Source: Eledone cirrhosa (taxonomy: Eukaryota). From it: a stretch of 64,000 nt of DNA. The translations under genes and the position numbers were made by a program. This document shows positions 29,913-44,712 of the stretch, piece after piece (positions within the stretch are counted from its first letter, which is position 1; each line of letters starts with the position of its first letter). The stretch is taken from contig OZ024742.1 of assembly GCA_964016885.1 (NCBI GenBank), positions 156,798,001-156,862,000 on the forward strand. Reading direction: 5' to 3'. The notes under the pieces are model-generated. The model was not told where the DNA came from. It worked only from the letters and a program-made list of their open reading frames with translations, and made no database searches.

Positions 29913-31349
29913 TGTATATATATATATATATATATATATGGTATAAATAAAATCTCAACACGGTTGAAACAACTCCAACATAGTTCTGAAAGACTATGCT
30001 AGACTGCTAGACTTGTTTCATATATTCAGGTAGTATGGCTTATCGTTCAGGCAATATCATGATGGCCGAACTTATTTACACGTTATTCGGTAATGAAATA
30101 ATACATTAATAATAAGTATTTCGTTTTTTTTGTTATTCAGAGGATCATATCTGTGTGTGTTTATTTCTTTGTTACCCTAATTATAATTGCATTTCTTAAA
30201 GTTTCTGTATTGTGTGTATTGTGTTTGTGATTCCATATATACAATTATAAGCATAAATGTAATAAATGTGTATTTTAATTATGGTGTAGAGTTTTCTTAA
30301 ATAATTATATCATATGGTGTATTTTAGTACATATATGTGTGTCAATTTCTATGTATATTATTAATATCGGTGTAGTGAAACGTGCTCCGTGAAACTTCTA
30401 TGAGTTATTTTGTATACATTATAAATATAGCTTATTTATGTAATCATGTTTGGGCGCATTGAGTTGTGTGTGTAAACTTGAGACCAATTCCGGTGGATAT
30501 CAGATAGTGATGCATTTTGTGCATGGGCCTGTTTTCTTGCAAGCGGAAAGGATATGTGATATTTTATGTGAGCATCCTATATATAGATGTATATCAGTGT
30601 TGAGGGACTTGATAATGATTACTCAATACCTTGTCTGATGATCCTCTGAGTTAACATGTACCATGTGCAAATATAATAAAGTAAATATATAGCTTCACAA
30701 TTATTACTAGACTGGTAATTGATTTATCGATCTCGAATGGTTCAAATCAAAGCTGACCTACGAAGGATCTGAAGCGAGCTAGAATAGAGCCTGAAATAAT
30801 ACTGCAAACCACTCTATTCGACACTCTAACCAATAAACCAATTCACCGCCTACTACTCCTGCTTGTTCAAATATCCATCAAAATAGGGTTGTTCAGGAAT
30901 ATGTGTAATGTTTTGAGGCTGTATATATATGTTTGTAATTATTTGATATCGATTCGATATATTTGTTGACCATTTTTTTCGTTGAACTAATATCTGTACA
31001 GCGATATGATGAAAACCGTTCTTACAAGTTCGTACAGTTCTCTTTATATTTACAATTGTTAACTTTCCTTCCAGTATTATTTTGGTATTGTGGGCTTCTT
31101 TCTGGAGATATAATTTCATTTATATGTAGTGGGCAACATGAATGCATCCTCATTTCAACAAGATATTTGGAATTACAAAATGAAATGTTTCATCATGTTT
31201 TACTCTCTCTCATTCTCTCCGCCCACCCCTCTCTATCCCACTTTTGTACATCAGTCTATTTATTTAATTCACCAAAAGAATTTCTCCATGCAAACAGTAG
31301 TGTATTGAAATATTGAGACACGTAAATGACAAACACACATATGATAATG

Positions 31350-31567
31350 ATTTCTATTATAGGCACAAAACCAGCAATATTAGGGAAGGGGTAAGTCGAT
31401 TAAATCGACCCCAGTGCCTAACTGGCACTCTATTTTATCGACCCCGTAAGGATGAAAGGCATAGTTAGCCTCGGCGGTATTTGAACTCAGATCATAAAGG
31501 ACCGTAACTCTATACTGCAATGCATGGCGTCCGACCGTCTACTGATTCTGCCAATCCTCCGCCCTTA
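31350..31567 (-). mobile_element. Full-length SINE with TSD
   Basis: Head GGGCGGAGGATTGGCAGAATCAG, B-box GAGTTCAAATACC; flanked by acatatgataatg on both sides. Confidence 0.9.
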
Positions 31568-33290
31568 CATATGATAATGCAATGGTGTTCACAATACTTT
31601 GTCTTGCAAATATCGTATATTCGTTTCTTGTATAGTGAATTGTGTACCTGATTTGATTGTACCACTAAATTAGTATTACATGGAAGGGAGGCAATAGTGT
31701 ATGTAAACTGACGTGAGTTAGCTGAAGAAGCACTCCATGACATTAAATTGCCACGTGTCTAATCATAAGAATGTTCTTGCTGGAAAAATATATATATATC
31801 AATTGTTTAAATCCGCTTCCATTTTCAATACAATGACGTTAAATTATAGTCGATGACAAAGATGTTAGATCAAGTATTAATTATGTGTGACTCACCTGAA
31901 ATGATAGTGATAAGAACTATAATTAAAGCTCATTCATCCGACATGATGATGTTGGAACACATATGAGTTAATTATCATAGCTGTATTGAAATGCATATTA
32001 CCACATTTTCAGAAATGTGAGATATTCAATAATTGCACTTCTATACTAATTATTGCACTGATCAATATTGATGGCCACATTTTTCATTATTTACTTCCTA
32101 CCATGTATTATTATATTCTAATGGACATTCTATTGAAATGATTCCTCATCGAGTATCAATAATTATTAAAATGCAGGTAAAGTTTACATATATCGCTCGG
32201 GAACCTTTCATTCTACTTCATCACCCAATCTTTGCCTACGTATTGACGATGCCACACGGTGTCGCTTTTTCCATTCTGGTGTTCTCCGTGTCTGTGAGCG
32301 TTCTACGTTGTTCCGGCATATAGCCTTTCTCTAGAGATGGTATACGTTGCTATTTATGCATACTGGTATATTTACATGCTCAAATGTAATGCCTATTCAT
32401 CCGCTGCAACAAACCAGGTGTTTATTTGCTTGTTATTTCGGTGAGTTTTTCCGGGTGAATCTTACATTAGAGCTGAATATTTTTTCCCCTGACATGCCGT
32501 CGGGATTTTCCTACAGATATATTACAAGATAATACGGGATGTGCCCAGAAGACTTGTGATCAAATGCTCGGAATCCTAATCTGTTTATTTTTACAAGATT
32601 TTTCTGTCACTCAGAGAGAGAATGAGCAACTAAGAAACTCCGTTAATACTATGGTAGACGCTTACGTTTTTCTTATTCTGAGGTGATAATTTTGTTGTCA
32701 GGTGATCTATTTACTAAACTTATATTTCTTGCAACAGGTTTTCAATACTAAATAAGTTATTTTTAAATTATATAAGATACATTCTTAGGACTACATCCAA
32801 TGCTTAACCTCACAACATTACATTTCTCTGTTGTTAGCCGTTACATCACTAAACGATATATCGCTAACATCCAGCCAAACACGACAATATGATTTAAACA
32901 ACTGGTCTATTATTGCAATTACCTATCCAGACAATGATAAATCATCTACACGGTCGATATATCTGCTAAAAATATCAGAAACAGCTAACTAAAAACAAAC
33001 CTAACACTTTAAACATAAATATATTCGGCAATATAGCTGCTGTTAAGAAAAAGTGGACATAATTACTCTATGAATGACTTATACATGCTTAATCGTAACT
33101 GATCTGTGGTTAAACAACAATAGAAGTAACAACACAACCTACATGCATCGATTACTTGCATATGTAGGTGAAATACATATGAATAAGTAATAGGGGTAAC
33201 CTTGTTTAATGAGCTTTAGTGTTTCATCGATTAAAGATCTCCAGCTGTCCTTATTTTGCATCCATTTAACTTCATTTAAATCATTGAAAT

Positions 33291-33479
33291 AATTGTCTCT
33301 ACTTTAGGCACAAGGCCAGCAATTACCCAGTGCATTACTGGTACTTTATTTTATCGACCCCGTAAGGATGAGAGGCAAAGTCAACCTCGGCGGGATTTGA
33401 ACTCAGATCGTAAAGAGACGTAACTATGCTGGAAAGCATGGTGTCCGACCCTCTACAGATACTGCCAATCCACCGCCCT
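33291..33479 (-). mobile_element. Full-length SINE with TSD
   Basis: Same family; flanked by ttaaatcatt(g/t)aaataat. Confidence 0.9.
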
Positions 33480-35338
33480 TTAAATCATTTAAATAATAAC
33501 TTATAAACACCAACCAACTTTCATATACCACGTCAGTAAAAATTGAAGATATTTTCTGTATTCAGAATCTATATTGATATTGAGCCTAATAGTGTTGAAT
33601 ATTTTAATGTGCCGGTGGATTCGTGAACAAGTTTAAGGGAATTTATCTGTTTAACATGATTCTCCGTTGTAGTATTTGTGTCAGTGATCTTTGAACCTGA
33701 GAATTTGTGAATGCTGATTTGAATATTGCATTCAGAACAATTTAAACGTTGATATATATATTGTCATAAAATATTCTCAATTTGTCCGATCCTTCATAGT
33801 TACGTCAATTACTCATTTTCAGGTTCTCAAGAAATAATAAGTTGGAATATATAAAGGGAGCCAGCGTAAATGCGACTATATTAAACAACTAAATTTCGAT
33901 CACTTTGACATATTTAAGATGTGTTATTTCTAAAAGGATTGTGTGTGGTAGTTCGTCACTCAAATTACTACCGTTTGTATACGACGCATAATTTATAGAA
34001 TAAATACACATCTAATACTATACTTCCGTCGTTATCATTAGTTGCAACATTGTTTTAGAGATAAGAACATAGATTTAGCCACATATTTCATCCCTTGAAA
34101 CAAAATAACGAAATAAAAATAAGTATATTTGTAAAACGTTAAAAAAGAGCATGAATTAAAATAAATATAGTATATTGATTTCAAAGGAAAGCACACATCA
34201 GTCGAACATCTGTGCGAAAATAACAGTCACCAACACCACTACATGGACTGGTTCAAGTTAGTTTACCATTTCGTGTGTGTGATAATGTGTGTGGGAGTGT
34301 GTGTGTCTCTGAGTCTCTGTGTGAATCTGTATGTATGTGTACATTAAATCTTGTGTGTCTAAATATATAAAACAGTATTTGTTTGCAATCATTGCTGACA
34401 CACACATGCATTCAAACACACTAATTCAAACGCGCTATTGCACGCAAATAAACAAAAATACAAACAAAGCCGGATGCGCACATACTTTGTTATACGGAAA
34501 ATGAAAATGAAAATAAAAAATAAACAAAAAAATATGAATCAACGAAAGATTGAAATGGACGTAAAGCATATATTAGATACATTTTAGTTTGCTTTGTTTT
34601 GCTTGTAACTCCAGCGCATTTTCAGCTTTACTAATTGCAAACACTATAATTTGCAGGAGGAAATAAATGCCTGACAGCCAGCTGATTTCGTAATTTGTAT
34701 TGGTGGATCATTAAGAAATGAGCAAAACTCGGCCTTTCTTATCGATTGAAGCAGTTTGCTATATATGCTATTTCTACACATTGCTGAATATATCAGTGTC
34801 TTTACAATCACTACGTTGATATATATTTTATAGGCGTATTTCGTGGCAGTAACATCAGTAGCTTGATGAGATAATATCTGTATTACACACATACACATAC
34901 AAACACAAACACATACATATATTTATATATGTATGTGATTATGTATGCGTACATGGGTGTACATGTAGATGTGTGTATGTATGATAGCTGTGTGTGCGTG
35001 CTTTCATAAAGTATATTCAAATCAGATTATCCTCCATCATTCTCTCTCTATCAATCTCGCTCTCACTCTTATTATTTCTCTCGTTCATTCGGTCTGTCTT
35101 TCAATCTATACGTGCACATATATACCTCTATGCACATGGTTGTTTAGATTTGCATGTTTGTATAGGCGGATAATCCATAGCCTTTCCATATTCAGATAAC
35201 AACAGGCAAAGCATAATGCTTCAACTCCTCGTTTAGTTATTTGTACATATATTCATCATGTCCAGTACTAGGGAGAGAGCAATGGTGTACGCAATTGCCT
35301 ACACAAAATTAGACACAAATACACACACACACACACAT

Positions 35339-35369
<31 letters not shown>

Positions 35370-35446
35370 ACGAAGGAAATGTGGTAAGGAACCAGGTGGA
35401 CCATAACGCACCAAAGTACTCAATACTTGGGGTAGTAGAGTGGGTA

Positions 35447-35539
35447 ATAGGAACCAGTAAAACCCCGACGGCTGAGCTCAAGCCGTTTCGACGGCTAATT
35501 CGAAACGGCTTGAGCTCAGCCGTCGGGGTCTTACTGGTT

Positions 35540-35544
<5 letters not shown>
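35447..35544. repeat. 45-bp near-perfect hairpin built from the 3' half of a hammerhead
   Basis: Arms 35447-35491 and 35500-35544 with one mismatch and an 8-nt loop. Confidence 0.9.
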
Positions 35545-35589
<45 letters not shown>

Positions 35590-35657
35590 GAAGGTTTAGC
35601 AAATAAGAAAAAGTTTTAATATACATTTTAAAAAGTTCACTGTACCTGCTATAATTA

Positions 35658-35740
35658 CCCTTACCGTACGGTTTCAAGTCTCGAAATAAAGGGATAATCC
35701 ATACGGAAATCCATTTTAAAGGAAGACTTTCGTCAGAAGG
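35658..35740 (-). ncRNA. Type I hammerhead ribozyme with intact core, within repeat 35590-36005
   Basis: ccuu CUGACGA AAGUCU..AGACUU GAAAC cguacg GUA aggg; homolog at 57802-57883. Confidence 0.8.
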
Positions 35741-36066
35741 TTCTGTTCGCTCGGGGAATATAAAATTCCCGAGTTCAAATCACGATCTGGCGCCATTCAA
35801 AATTGTTCCAGAGATGAGAGTGTATGATGAAGAACCAATTCTGTCTAGTGCCGTGTGTAAAGATAGAAGACAGAGGTGGAAAGATCAATCTACTGCCACT
35901 AAGAATAGCAGCAGTTAAAACGACCAAAATGTTATCGCGACCAGGGTAGATTAATAATAATAAGGTATGTATCCCTACATGCAAAATACATATAGGGACA
36001 CATGTATTATCGAACCGTATGCCAATGAGGTTCTATGGCAGGTTAATAAATTAACGATGTATATAC

Positions 36067-36094
<28 letters not shown>

Positions 36095-36101
<7 letters not shown>

Positions 36102-37235
36102 ATACTTTGGGAGGTTCATGTTGCCAATAAGAAACACACGCACCAGTTGCTTTCACTTCAATTTATTATATATTTATAAATTTATAAATTTACAAATCTA
36201 CAAACTAGAGGCGAACTAGCCTACAAATTTAGAAGGGCCCTAAATAAACATAAACTCAATATTAAGATAGTAGAAAGACCAGGTACCTCCGTAAAAACAC
36301 TTATTAGCAAGACATACCCGTTCCACAGACCCTCATGTATAGATAAGAAATGTATAACCTGTAAAATAAGCCCCCATATTAACTGTAAAACTAGAAATGT
36401 AGTGTATAGCATAAGATGTACTGAAGGACAATGTAGAAACAACTCGTAGTATAGGGGAACAAATAAACGAACACTGGCGAGACCTTCAAGATAATAAAGA
36501 ATCATCTGTGCTCTACCAACATGCTAAGATAGAACACAGGGGTAGATTAGAGAACATAGAAATAAAAATAGAATCCACACACAGAAAGGATGCAATGTTT
36601 AGGCAAATTACAGAGGCAGTAAGCATAAAAGAATTACAACCAAAATTAAATAGAAAATATGAGTGGAACAGCAACATCACAACTTACAATTAAGGACAAA
36701 ATGAAAACACACACACACATAGAACAAACAACTTACAATTAAGGACAAAATGAAAACACACACAGGACAAAATGAAAACACACACACACATAGAACAAAC
36801 AACCAACCAACAATAAATAAATAAATAAACAAATAGATAAATGAACACAAACACACACAGACACCCGGATGTGGCGCATGCGCAAACTGAGCACACAACA
36901 CACACACAGAAACAAAATGGCGTAGGATAGAAGAAAGGAAAGACACAGAAACAAAGAAAGGAATCCCCAGTCACTGAAGAGGTCACAGAGTGTGTGACGA
37001 AAGGATTATGACTATATATAAACAACTATCTGGTTGTGGAACCAACCAACCAACCAGAAATTTATAAGTTTGTAGATTTGTAAATTTATAAATTTATAAA
37101 TATATAATAAATTGAAGTGAAAGCAACTGGTGCGAGTGTTTCTTATCGGCAACATGACCCCCCCAAAGTATAACAATATCGGTTTCAACACACGATTTCA
37201 GATAAAGAATCTTGCTAAACAAATTCAGAAACGAA
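36095..37235 (+). mobile_element. 5'-truncated PLE (GIY-YIG 3' part) with inverted termini
   Basis: CKTRNVVYSIRC and LYQHAKIEH..EAVSIKELQPKLNRK; 36095-36206 is inverted at 37067-37179. Confidence 0.85.
36969..37013 (+). ncRNA. Minimal hammerhead ribozyme
   Basis: AGUCA CUGAAGA g GUCACA..UGUGAC GAAA ggau UA UGACU. Confidence 0.8.
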
Positions 37236-37263
37236 ATATATATATATATATATATATACATAT

Positions 37264-37525
37264 ATTTATTAAAATAACAGATTAAAGTTTAAGCAAAGAA
37301 TCGCTGCTTTCACCCTTAACGGGATCTTCTGAAACTAACAAAGTCAATCTGTAAACGCAGAACTGGATATTTCAAAAAACGTTGCAACCGGAGGAAGACA
37401 GGAAGACGGTACTTTGGTTCGTGGTAACGTTCGCTGGCAAAGAACGGGAAAAAACGAATTATACGTCATTAATAGGGGCGGTGAAAAACAATTACGCGCA
37501 AAGACAAAACCACGTTTATGGTATA
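37264..37525 (-). mobile_element. PLE 3'-terminal fragment with variant HHR at 37286-37336
   Basis: Matches 45553-45813. Confidence 0.85.
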
Positions 37526-38028
37526 TGATACGTATGATGTAGTTTTATATATTTTTTAATGTCAGTATATTATTCCATTGTTTTTGGTATTGTTTATGCA
37601 CACCGTCAGGGTGTTTATTCTATTATAATGATTATTATATTATAAAGAGTATATTTATATTTAAATATTTAAATAAGTGTTAGTATGTGTTTGTGTAAAT
37701 GTGTATATATATGGATATATATATATACATATATTAAGCTTTTTATTTCTTATTATCTATTATATTGTCTTCTATATCATATTTTAATTCTTATAATTCT
37801 CACATTGTATTACCATGTTGTGTTTCATGTGTTTGTCTTATACTGTACTTTCAACGTGGGTTTGATATATTACTCGCTCTCTAGCCCTATAGTCTATATT
37901 TGCAAATGCACACTTTTAGCTTTAGCATATCTTTCCATGTTGTCTTTCCTAAGTTTTCATAGATATAAATTCCCTGTTCTTCTGAGTTATGGCTTGTTCT
38001 GGCCGTTAATGTTTCTTGTCTCTTTACT

Positions 38029-38070
38029 TTCTCTGATGAGTCCCTATTAATGGGACGAAACACTGTCAGC
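38029..38070 (+). ncRNA. Minimal hammerhead ribozyme at the end of an AT-rich PLE-like 3' UTR
   Basis: CUGAUGA GUCCC uauuaau GGGAC GAAAC acu GUC; stem I is only ~2 bp. Confidence 0.7.
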
Positions 38071-38118
38071 TCATAAAGACTTTTGATGTATTGAAGGCTT
38101 CTTTGTTTATTTTTTATA

Positions 38119-38153
<35 letters not shown>

Positions 38154-38249
38154 TTAACATATATATATATACATATATATGTATATACATACATATATAT
38201 ATATATATACATACATATATATACATAATGTATATATATATAGATATAT

Positions 38250-38323
<74 letters not shown>

Positions 38324-39299
38324 TGTATGTGTGCGAGAAAAATTGCGTCCGTAGGCGGTATGCCGGGTGAGAACTCGATGCTCGTGCAGAGCAAAGTATA
38401 ATACTATAAGAATAAAGGAACAGATAGTCAGTGTAACATCATGACCTATTTAGTAATATATTATATATGTTTCAATATCTGACGATCTTTCGATTCCAGA
38501 GTCAGGTTCGATCAATAAATGTTATTTAATATGTTACGATGCCACACTGACTCTCTATTCCTTTTTTCTTATAGTACACACACACACACACACACACGCA
38601 CACGCGCGCACACACACACACACGCACAAATGCACACGCACACGCACACATACACACATACACACACATACACACACACACCCGCGCACATATATATATA
38701 TAGCTGTATGTAAGTCAGGTCACCTTCGAGTAATACTGATTACGCATAATCCAGTAAAACAGGTCACAACCTCGGATTGTAAATTCGGAAAGACCGCATA
38801 ATATAGGCAGTCGGTTGTCTCTCTCCATTCTCCGCGGTAACAGTTTTGCTGTTTTGTTTTATGGTTGTGGCTGAGTTACCACTCATCTAGTGTGTAGTGT
38901 CTGCCCCTCACCTACTCCCTTTTTTGTTACCTGATAATTCTTTGTTTTCTCCTTTATTTTTTTATTTTTTTTTATTTCTTGTTTCCTTTAATCTTGAGTT
39001 TTGTCTTTATTAGATACCGCTCTATTATTTTCATATAATGTCAATGGATTTTAAATCCTGCCTATATCTAATCTGGCTGGTAGCCTTTGGCCGGCAGCTC
39101 TTCATCTATACATGCAAACTACTTGAAATTAATGCCGTACTAATGAAATCCATGGAGAGAATACAACATATTCAATGATAGCTTAGAACGCATGAATGAT
39201 ATTGGATTTACGATGCTCAAATGATCCATAAGGTTGAAATACTTTCATGTATAAACAGTTACATCGATATGTAGGCGACATTGTTACTCTCTCTGAATC

Positions 39300-40050
39300 A
39301 GGTTACCTGAGAATGACCAGCTAGTGGAACCACATTTAGGATACACCTTATTCTACTCTAGCTCGACCGGAAATACGCATCCCTAAGTATCTGTAGCAGT
39401 TTTCGTCAGATACCGGTGAAAAAGATGACATTGATAGAAATGTTGTTAGATTGGCTTCCTTTACGCTTTATAATCATATAGGGTCATTTATCACCTCAAA
39501 ACTTCAATCCTATATATTTCAAGGAAATCTTAAACAGGTCAATGTTTTTCAGCTTCCCATTTATTTTCTTAGTATAAAGTTTCAGATCATCAAAGTAGAA
39601 GTTAGGGGTGAAGATTATATTATTGTTTTCCTGTGAATCAGCAGAACGGACGAGAGTTTTAACGGCAGTATAAATATTAACAGTGAGAGATGGTCTCCTT
39701 GAAATATATCCATGAGTTATAATAATTTATTGACAATTTAATCTTCCTCTTCTTTATTTAACTTCTGGATAGTGGCCCAGGAAGAACATGTTTTCATTGG
39801 CTCTCTTAATGGTGTCTGGAAATTTAGCAAGTCGAAGGGCCTGTAGCATCCAAAAAGGAGGACAGAATTATATGCGTTCCTGTAATCCAGCCATACTGTA
39901 AATAAATTCCGCCTATATCCCCATAAAGCTGATAGCGCAGTTATGTTACTTAGGAGTTGTACATCCCCCACACTAAATGCTTTCTCTTCAGCTTCTTGCT
40001 CATCATTGATGATGTTATGAATATCTAAGTGATCCCGGTTATATTGTTAC
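39300..40050 (-). mobile_element. Decayed RT of an RLE-type (R4/NeSL-like) non-LTR retrotransposon
   Basis: WLDYRNAYNSV, DIFQGDHLSLLIF and YRYLG remnants. Confidence 0.7.
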
Positions 40051-40539
40051 TTCAACGGCATTGACAGGCGTTAACTTGACAAAATACAAGGGTTATTTGT
40101 CGTAAATAGTTACCTACTATTTCGTGGCTTTCATGTAAAATTTCATTATTTGATTTCTTCTTTAATATTGTCATTGTATGCCTATTTCGGACAGAAAATT
40201 TGATACACAAATTTCACAGCTAATCGTAGACTTAAAATTGTCGCTGGCAGGGCCGTTTTCAGAGACTGTGTTTTGTTGCTGATTGCTGTCGATGGCTACT
40301 GAAACGACTAGCAGCAGGGCTGTCTGTTACGGCATTTACTGCTTCCATGTCCGATCTAGGCAACTGATTCCTTAGTGTTGTTATTTGTTAGAGCTTCTCG
40401 ATTTCCATATTGTTTTGAATAACCGTAATAGTATTTTTACGCACGACAAATGCTGCTTGTTTTTGTAACAGATTGGTTGTGAAATAATTTAGTTTTTTTA
40501 AAAGTTCATTCCAGTATATGTTCATTATTTATACAGAGG

Positions 40540-40637
40540 GTTAATTTTGCCATTCCTAGTTACGGGGTCGATAAAATAAAGTACCTGTAATACACTGGAA
40601 TAATTGCTTGCATTGTGCCAAAAGTAGAAGCAATTAT
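40540..40637 (+). mobile_element. SINE 3' fragment
   Basis: ttacggggtcgataaaataaagtac...tgtgccaaaagtagaa. Confidence 0.8.
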
Positions 40638-41166
40638 TTATAGAGAGGGATCATGTGTCCTTTCTAATACAAGTATATGATTCATTATTTAATTCGTAGT
40701 TCCAAGATTAATGTGATTTCTATATCTACAGCTAAAAAAATATTTTTACATTTCTCGGTGTTGTATTTCTTCTATTCAGCCTTTTTTTGTGTGTTGCTGT
40801 GTCCAGTCATATTGTTTGTAGCAAATCTATGTTCAAAGAATACAATATTTAAACAGATATCTCTAGGACTTCAAATATAAGGCATATTCAAAGTATATCA
40901 TCAGAAGATTATCCAGTTATTCAACAGAATTGGTAGTTGTGGTATTGCTATTGAAGGAAGTAATTATCTGCAATTTAATGGATAGTCTCCTACAATGTAT
41001 GGGCAACTGCTCACTCCTAACGATATGAATGTATGTATGTGTATATGTATGCATTCAATATATGTATTTATGTATGTACGCTTTTCTATGTACTTATGTA
41101 TGTACGTCTGTGTGCATGCGTGTAAGCCTATCTTTCTCTCATTACATATCTGAAAGTAAATATATG

Positions 41167-41261
<95 letters not shown>

Positions 41262-41288
41262 GGGGTTCTGCATATATATATATATATA

Positions 41289-42075
41289 TATTGTTATACT
41301 TGGGGAGGGTCATATTTTTGTAATAATATTGCCAGAATTAATAACAGAACACACTCACTGTTTGGTTGGTTTTCGCTTCTGTGTCTTTTATATCGGTTAA
41401 TTTAATTGATTCGGTCCTCAATGTTACCATTGACTGACCAGCGGTCAAAATTACAGATACAATATAGACACAAGCACATATATATAGTCTAACAAAGTTC
41501 TTTCGTCGCACATCTGCAACATCGTCAGTGGTGATATTATGTTGCCTCCCGTTGTATTGTATGCTTACGCCCTCTTTATTTACGCCATCTTTATTTATTT
41601 ATTTATTTGTTTATTTTTTTGTCTTATCTGCGCATGCGTTTGCGTGTGTGTATAGTGTTTTGTTTGAGGTGTGTTCGTGTTTGGGTTACTGTATATTGGT
41701 TATTGTATTCTATCTTAGTTTATTAGTGTGTGTTTATATGTGTTTGTTGTTATTGTGCTTGTGTATGTCAGTGTTGTTTGTTTGGGTGGTGTTGTTATTC
41801 CATTCATTTTTTTCTGTTTAGCCTTGGCCTTCTAAATTCTATTTCGCTGGCCTGTCTGATTTACCTATCTGCCGGGTCATTTCTATGTTTAGATATTATT
41901 ATAATTTCTATGTTGTATATGTTACCGTCGTGTTGTTGTCTGGCATGTTCGTATAGTACTGAACCTTTTTTTTTCGTCCTTTTACTTCCCTCCAGTGTTG
42001 GTCTATCCTTTCACCTATACTACGAGCTGTCTCGCCTATGTATGTTGTTGTCATGTTTCTGCAGAAACATGACAA
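41289..42075 (-). mobile_element. PLE 3' fragment (GIY-YIG YIG half and UTR) with HHR at 41491-41533
   Basis: TYIGETARSIGERIDQH; CUGACGA u GUUGCA gaug UGCGAC GAAA gaac UU; terminus attgttatacttggg resembles the 36095 family. Confidence 0.8.
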
Positions 42076-42425
42076 CAACATATACATATATATATACATA
42101 TATATATATACATATATATATACATGGAGGTTATTATACATGTCTTGCAGGTAACGTGAAATCATTTGAGTAAATTATATCCGCAGTTTTCATTTTCGGA
42201 TGAGACATGAATTCTGTAAAAGTAAAAGTTAATAAAAATGTATGACATGTTTCATGAATATTCTGGGTATATTCAGAACTTTCATTGTGGAAAAATACAG
42301 TGTTTCTTGTAAGATTTCCCTAACAAGTATACATCACAAGTTTCCTTTCAATTCAAATATGGAACTCATGATCGACAAGAAAGTACTTCATATAAATCAT
42401 AATATTTCTTTATTTTATATGTCCA

Positions 42426-42487
<62 letters not shown>

Positions 42488-43387
42488 CATCCATCTCTCT
42501 CTCCCCATCTATCTATCATTCTATCTATCTAGCTTTTGATCTATCTATCTAGCTAGCTAGTTGAAACAGTAATGCAAACCTAACTTCTAAATATTTAATT
42601 CATCAAATCTGTAGTAACGTTTAGAAATATTTGCTCATGTAACATGCAAAGTGAAGAGAATCATATCTATGTGGATCTGCACCTGATGCAAATATACAAC
42701 TATTCATGCTTATATGATTCCCTCTCGTGTGGAATCTCCACATAAATATGTCTGTTTTCATTTATATACAAACAAATCTAGAAACCCAATACTAATATCA
42801 GAGCAGAAACACACAGTAAAAACACACAAACTCTCTCTCTCTCGCTCTCCCTTTCTCCCTATCTCACACACACACACACACACACACGCACACACACACG
42901 CACACACACAGTCACACACATACACATACACGCGTACGGCCCATACACACAAAATACACACATAATCTCACATGTGAGTTCTCAATGCCATACCCATCAT
43001 ACATGATTGAATCAAAGGAAACTTCATTGGTGAAATTAAAAGAATTCTAGTGAAGTACGGATAAGCAAACCATATGAAATGGATTCTTACTAATTACACT
43101 TAGACTTCTGAAATAAACGGCTTGGTAAACGTGAGTGAAATAAGGAAGAATAGAAAACTGATTGCAATTTCTCGCATAGAGTACACTATTGATGTGTCTC
43201 CATAGTGAAATGTTTGATCAGTGTGAGGTGCATCATCAATCACAGAGAAAGTTCTCTCACTGCCAAACTAAGAGAAAAACCAACGTGAACAGAGGTTACT
43301 AATGAATAATGATAATACTTATCTACGCAGATAAATCTCACTTTGGGAAAATGAAGAATGATTCCTATAAGCAGATAGTAAAACGAC

Positions 43388-43525
<138 letters not shown>

Positions 43526-44712
43526 CTTCATATGTGTTTAAAGGAGCGTAAGTTCAACAGAGAATTACACATAATAAAAGCCTGTTAACGTTTGTAATGG
43601 AACACATAAAGGCAAACTTAGATACACGGATAATGTCATCTGAATGCAAGAAAAAAATATCTTCTTTTCCTGTTGAAATGATGAATTGCGTCAAAATAAT
43701 AGGTTTGCACCTTCATTAAACAAGTCAAATTCCGTCCAAACGCTGTAGCGGCTTTGGATCAATGCCAGATTGTGGACAAATCCTGTTTCTACCTCCGCAA
43801 TAGTTTTTTTTTTTTTCATTCCTCCTAATACGTTTTCGTCCTTCCACTGATTAGAAAGATTTTGAAGAAATGGTAATCATAGAAAATCTAAGTTTTACTA
43901 TAAAACTGTCTTTAGCAATGTGAACATACTAGCTGAAATAGTCAAAGATTTATATTTTGTTATAAAAAAAAATACTTCGGCATCGTTGTATATTTTGAAA
44001 TATTTAAATCTTCTTTTTAAATTATCTATTTCAATAACTCGATTCGTTCACATTTTGTATGGAATTTGGTACGTTAAAAACCTTTTCATTGCTGTAAAAT
44101 ATTTTCGGATATGAATTAGGAAAACGTTAAAAACGGCTTAAAAGATAACATATCAAATATCGCATTTCATGTAAATGTCGAGAGAAATGCAAATCATATC
44201 TCAATTAACATTTAATATTTTATTAACATATAATATTTTATCTGTTACAAGGAATGCGTTTATGCTATTAATTATTTTATTGTTTTATGTATATCTACAT
44301 ATTATCCAACAACCCGAAAAGAAAATGCAGAACATTATTTAAAGACAAACTTAATTCATATTGAGTCTTAATATCTACAATGTTTCAAATTCTAATTGAT
44401 CTTAAAAATCCCGCATATTAAAAAAAATTTCTTCCACTCAAACACCTTGAAAATTGGAAAATGATTATTCTACTCATAATGTATGTAAGAATGCCAAAAA
44501 CCCTATGTATCTTCATTCCTTTCTAAAGTACATGACCGATATCATAGAATATGGAAATGCATATATATATAACCAAATTTAAATTAAGGATGTCATGTCT
44601 GAGAAACATGCGCCATAACCTATGTAGAATATGCTGAATGTTTCCATTAAATAGATCCGAGCATTTATATCAACTAGAAATCAATTGACATATATATATA
44701 TATATATATATA

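Larger units (their letters stand above)
25505..30448 (-). mobile_element. Naiad-like Penelope element with ~1.1-kb inverted arms and an extra partial direct repeat
   Basis: RT FIRRIRWK..FGFKS, ITMGS..SAEV, GLYRDD; EN CNC-x5-CPL..IIYKC..YVGST. 25724-26860 is inverted at 29260-30448; 25505-25720 duplicates 26405-26620. Confidence 0.9.
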
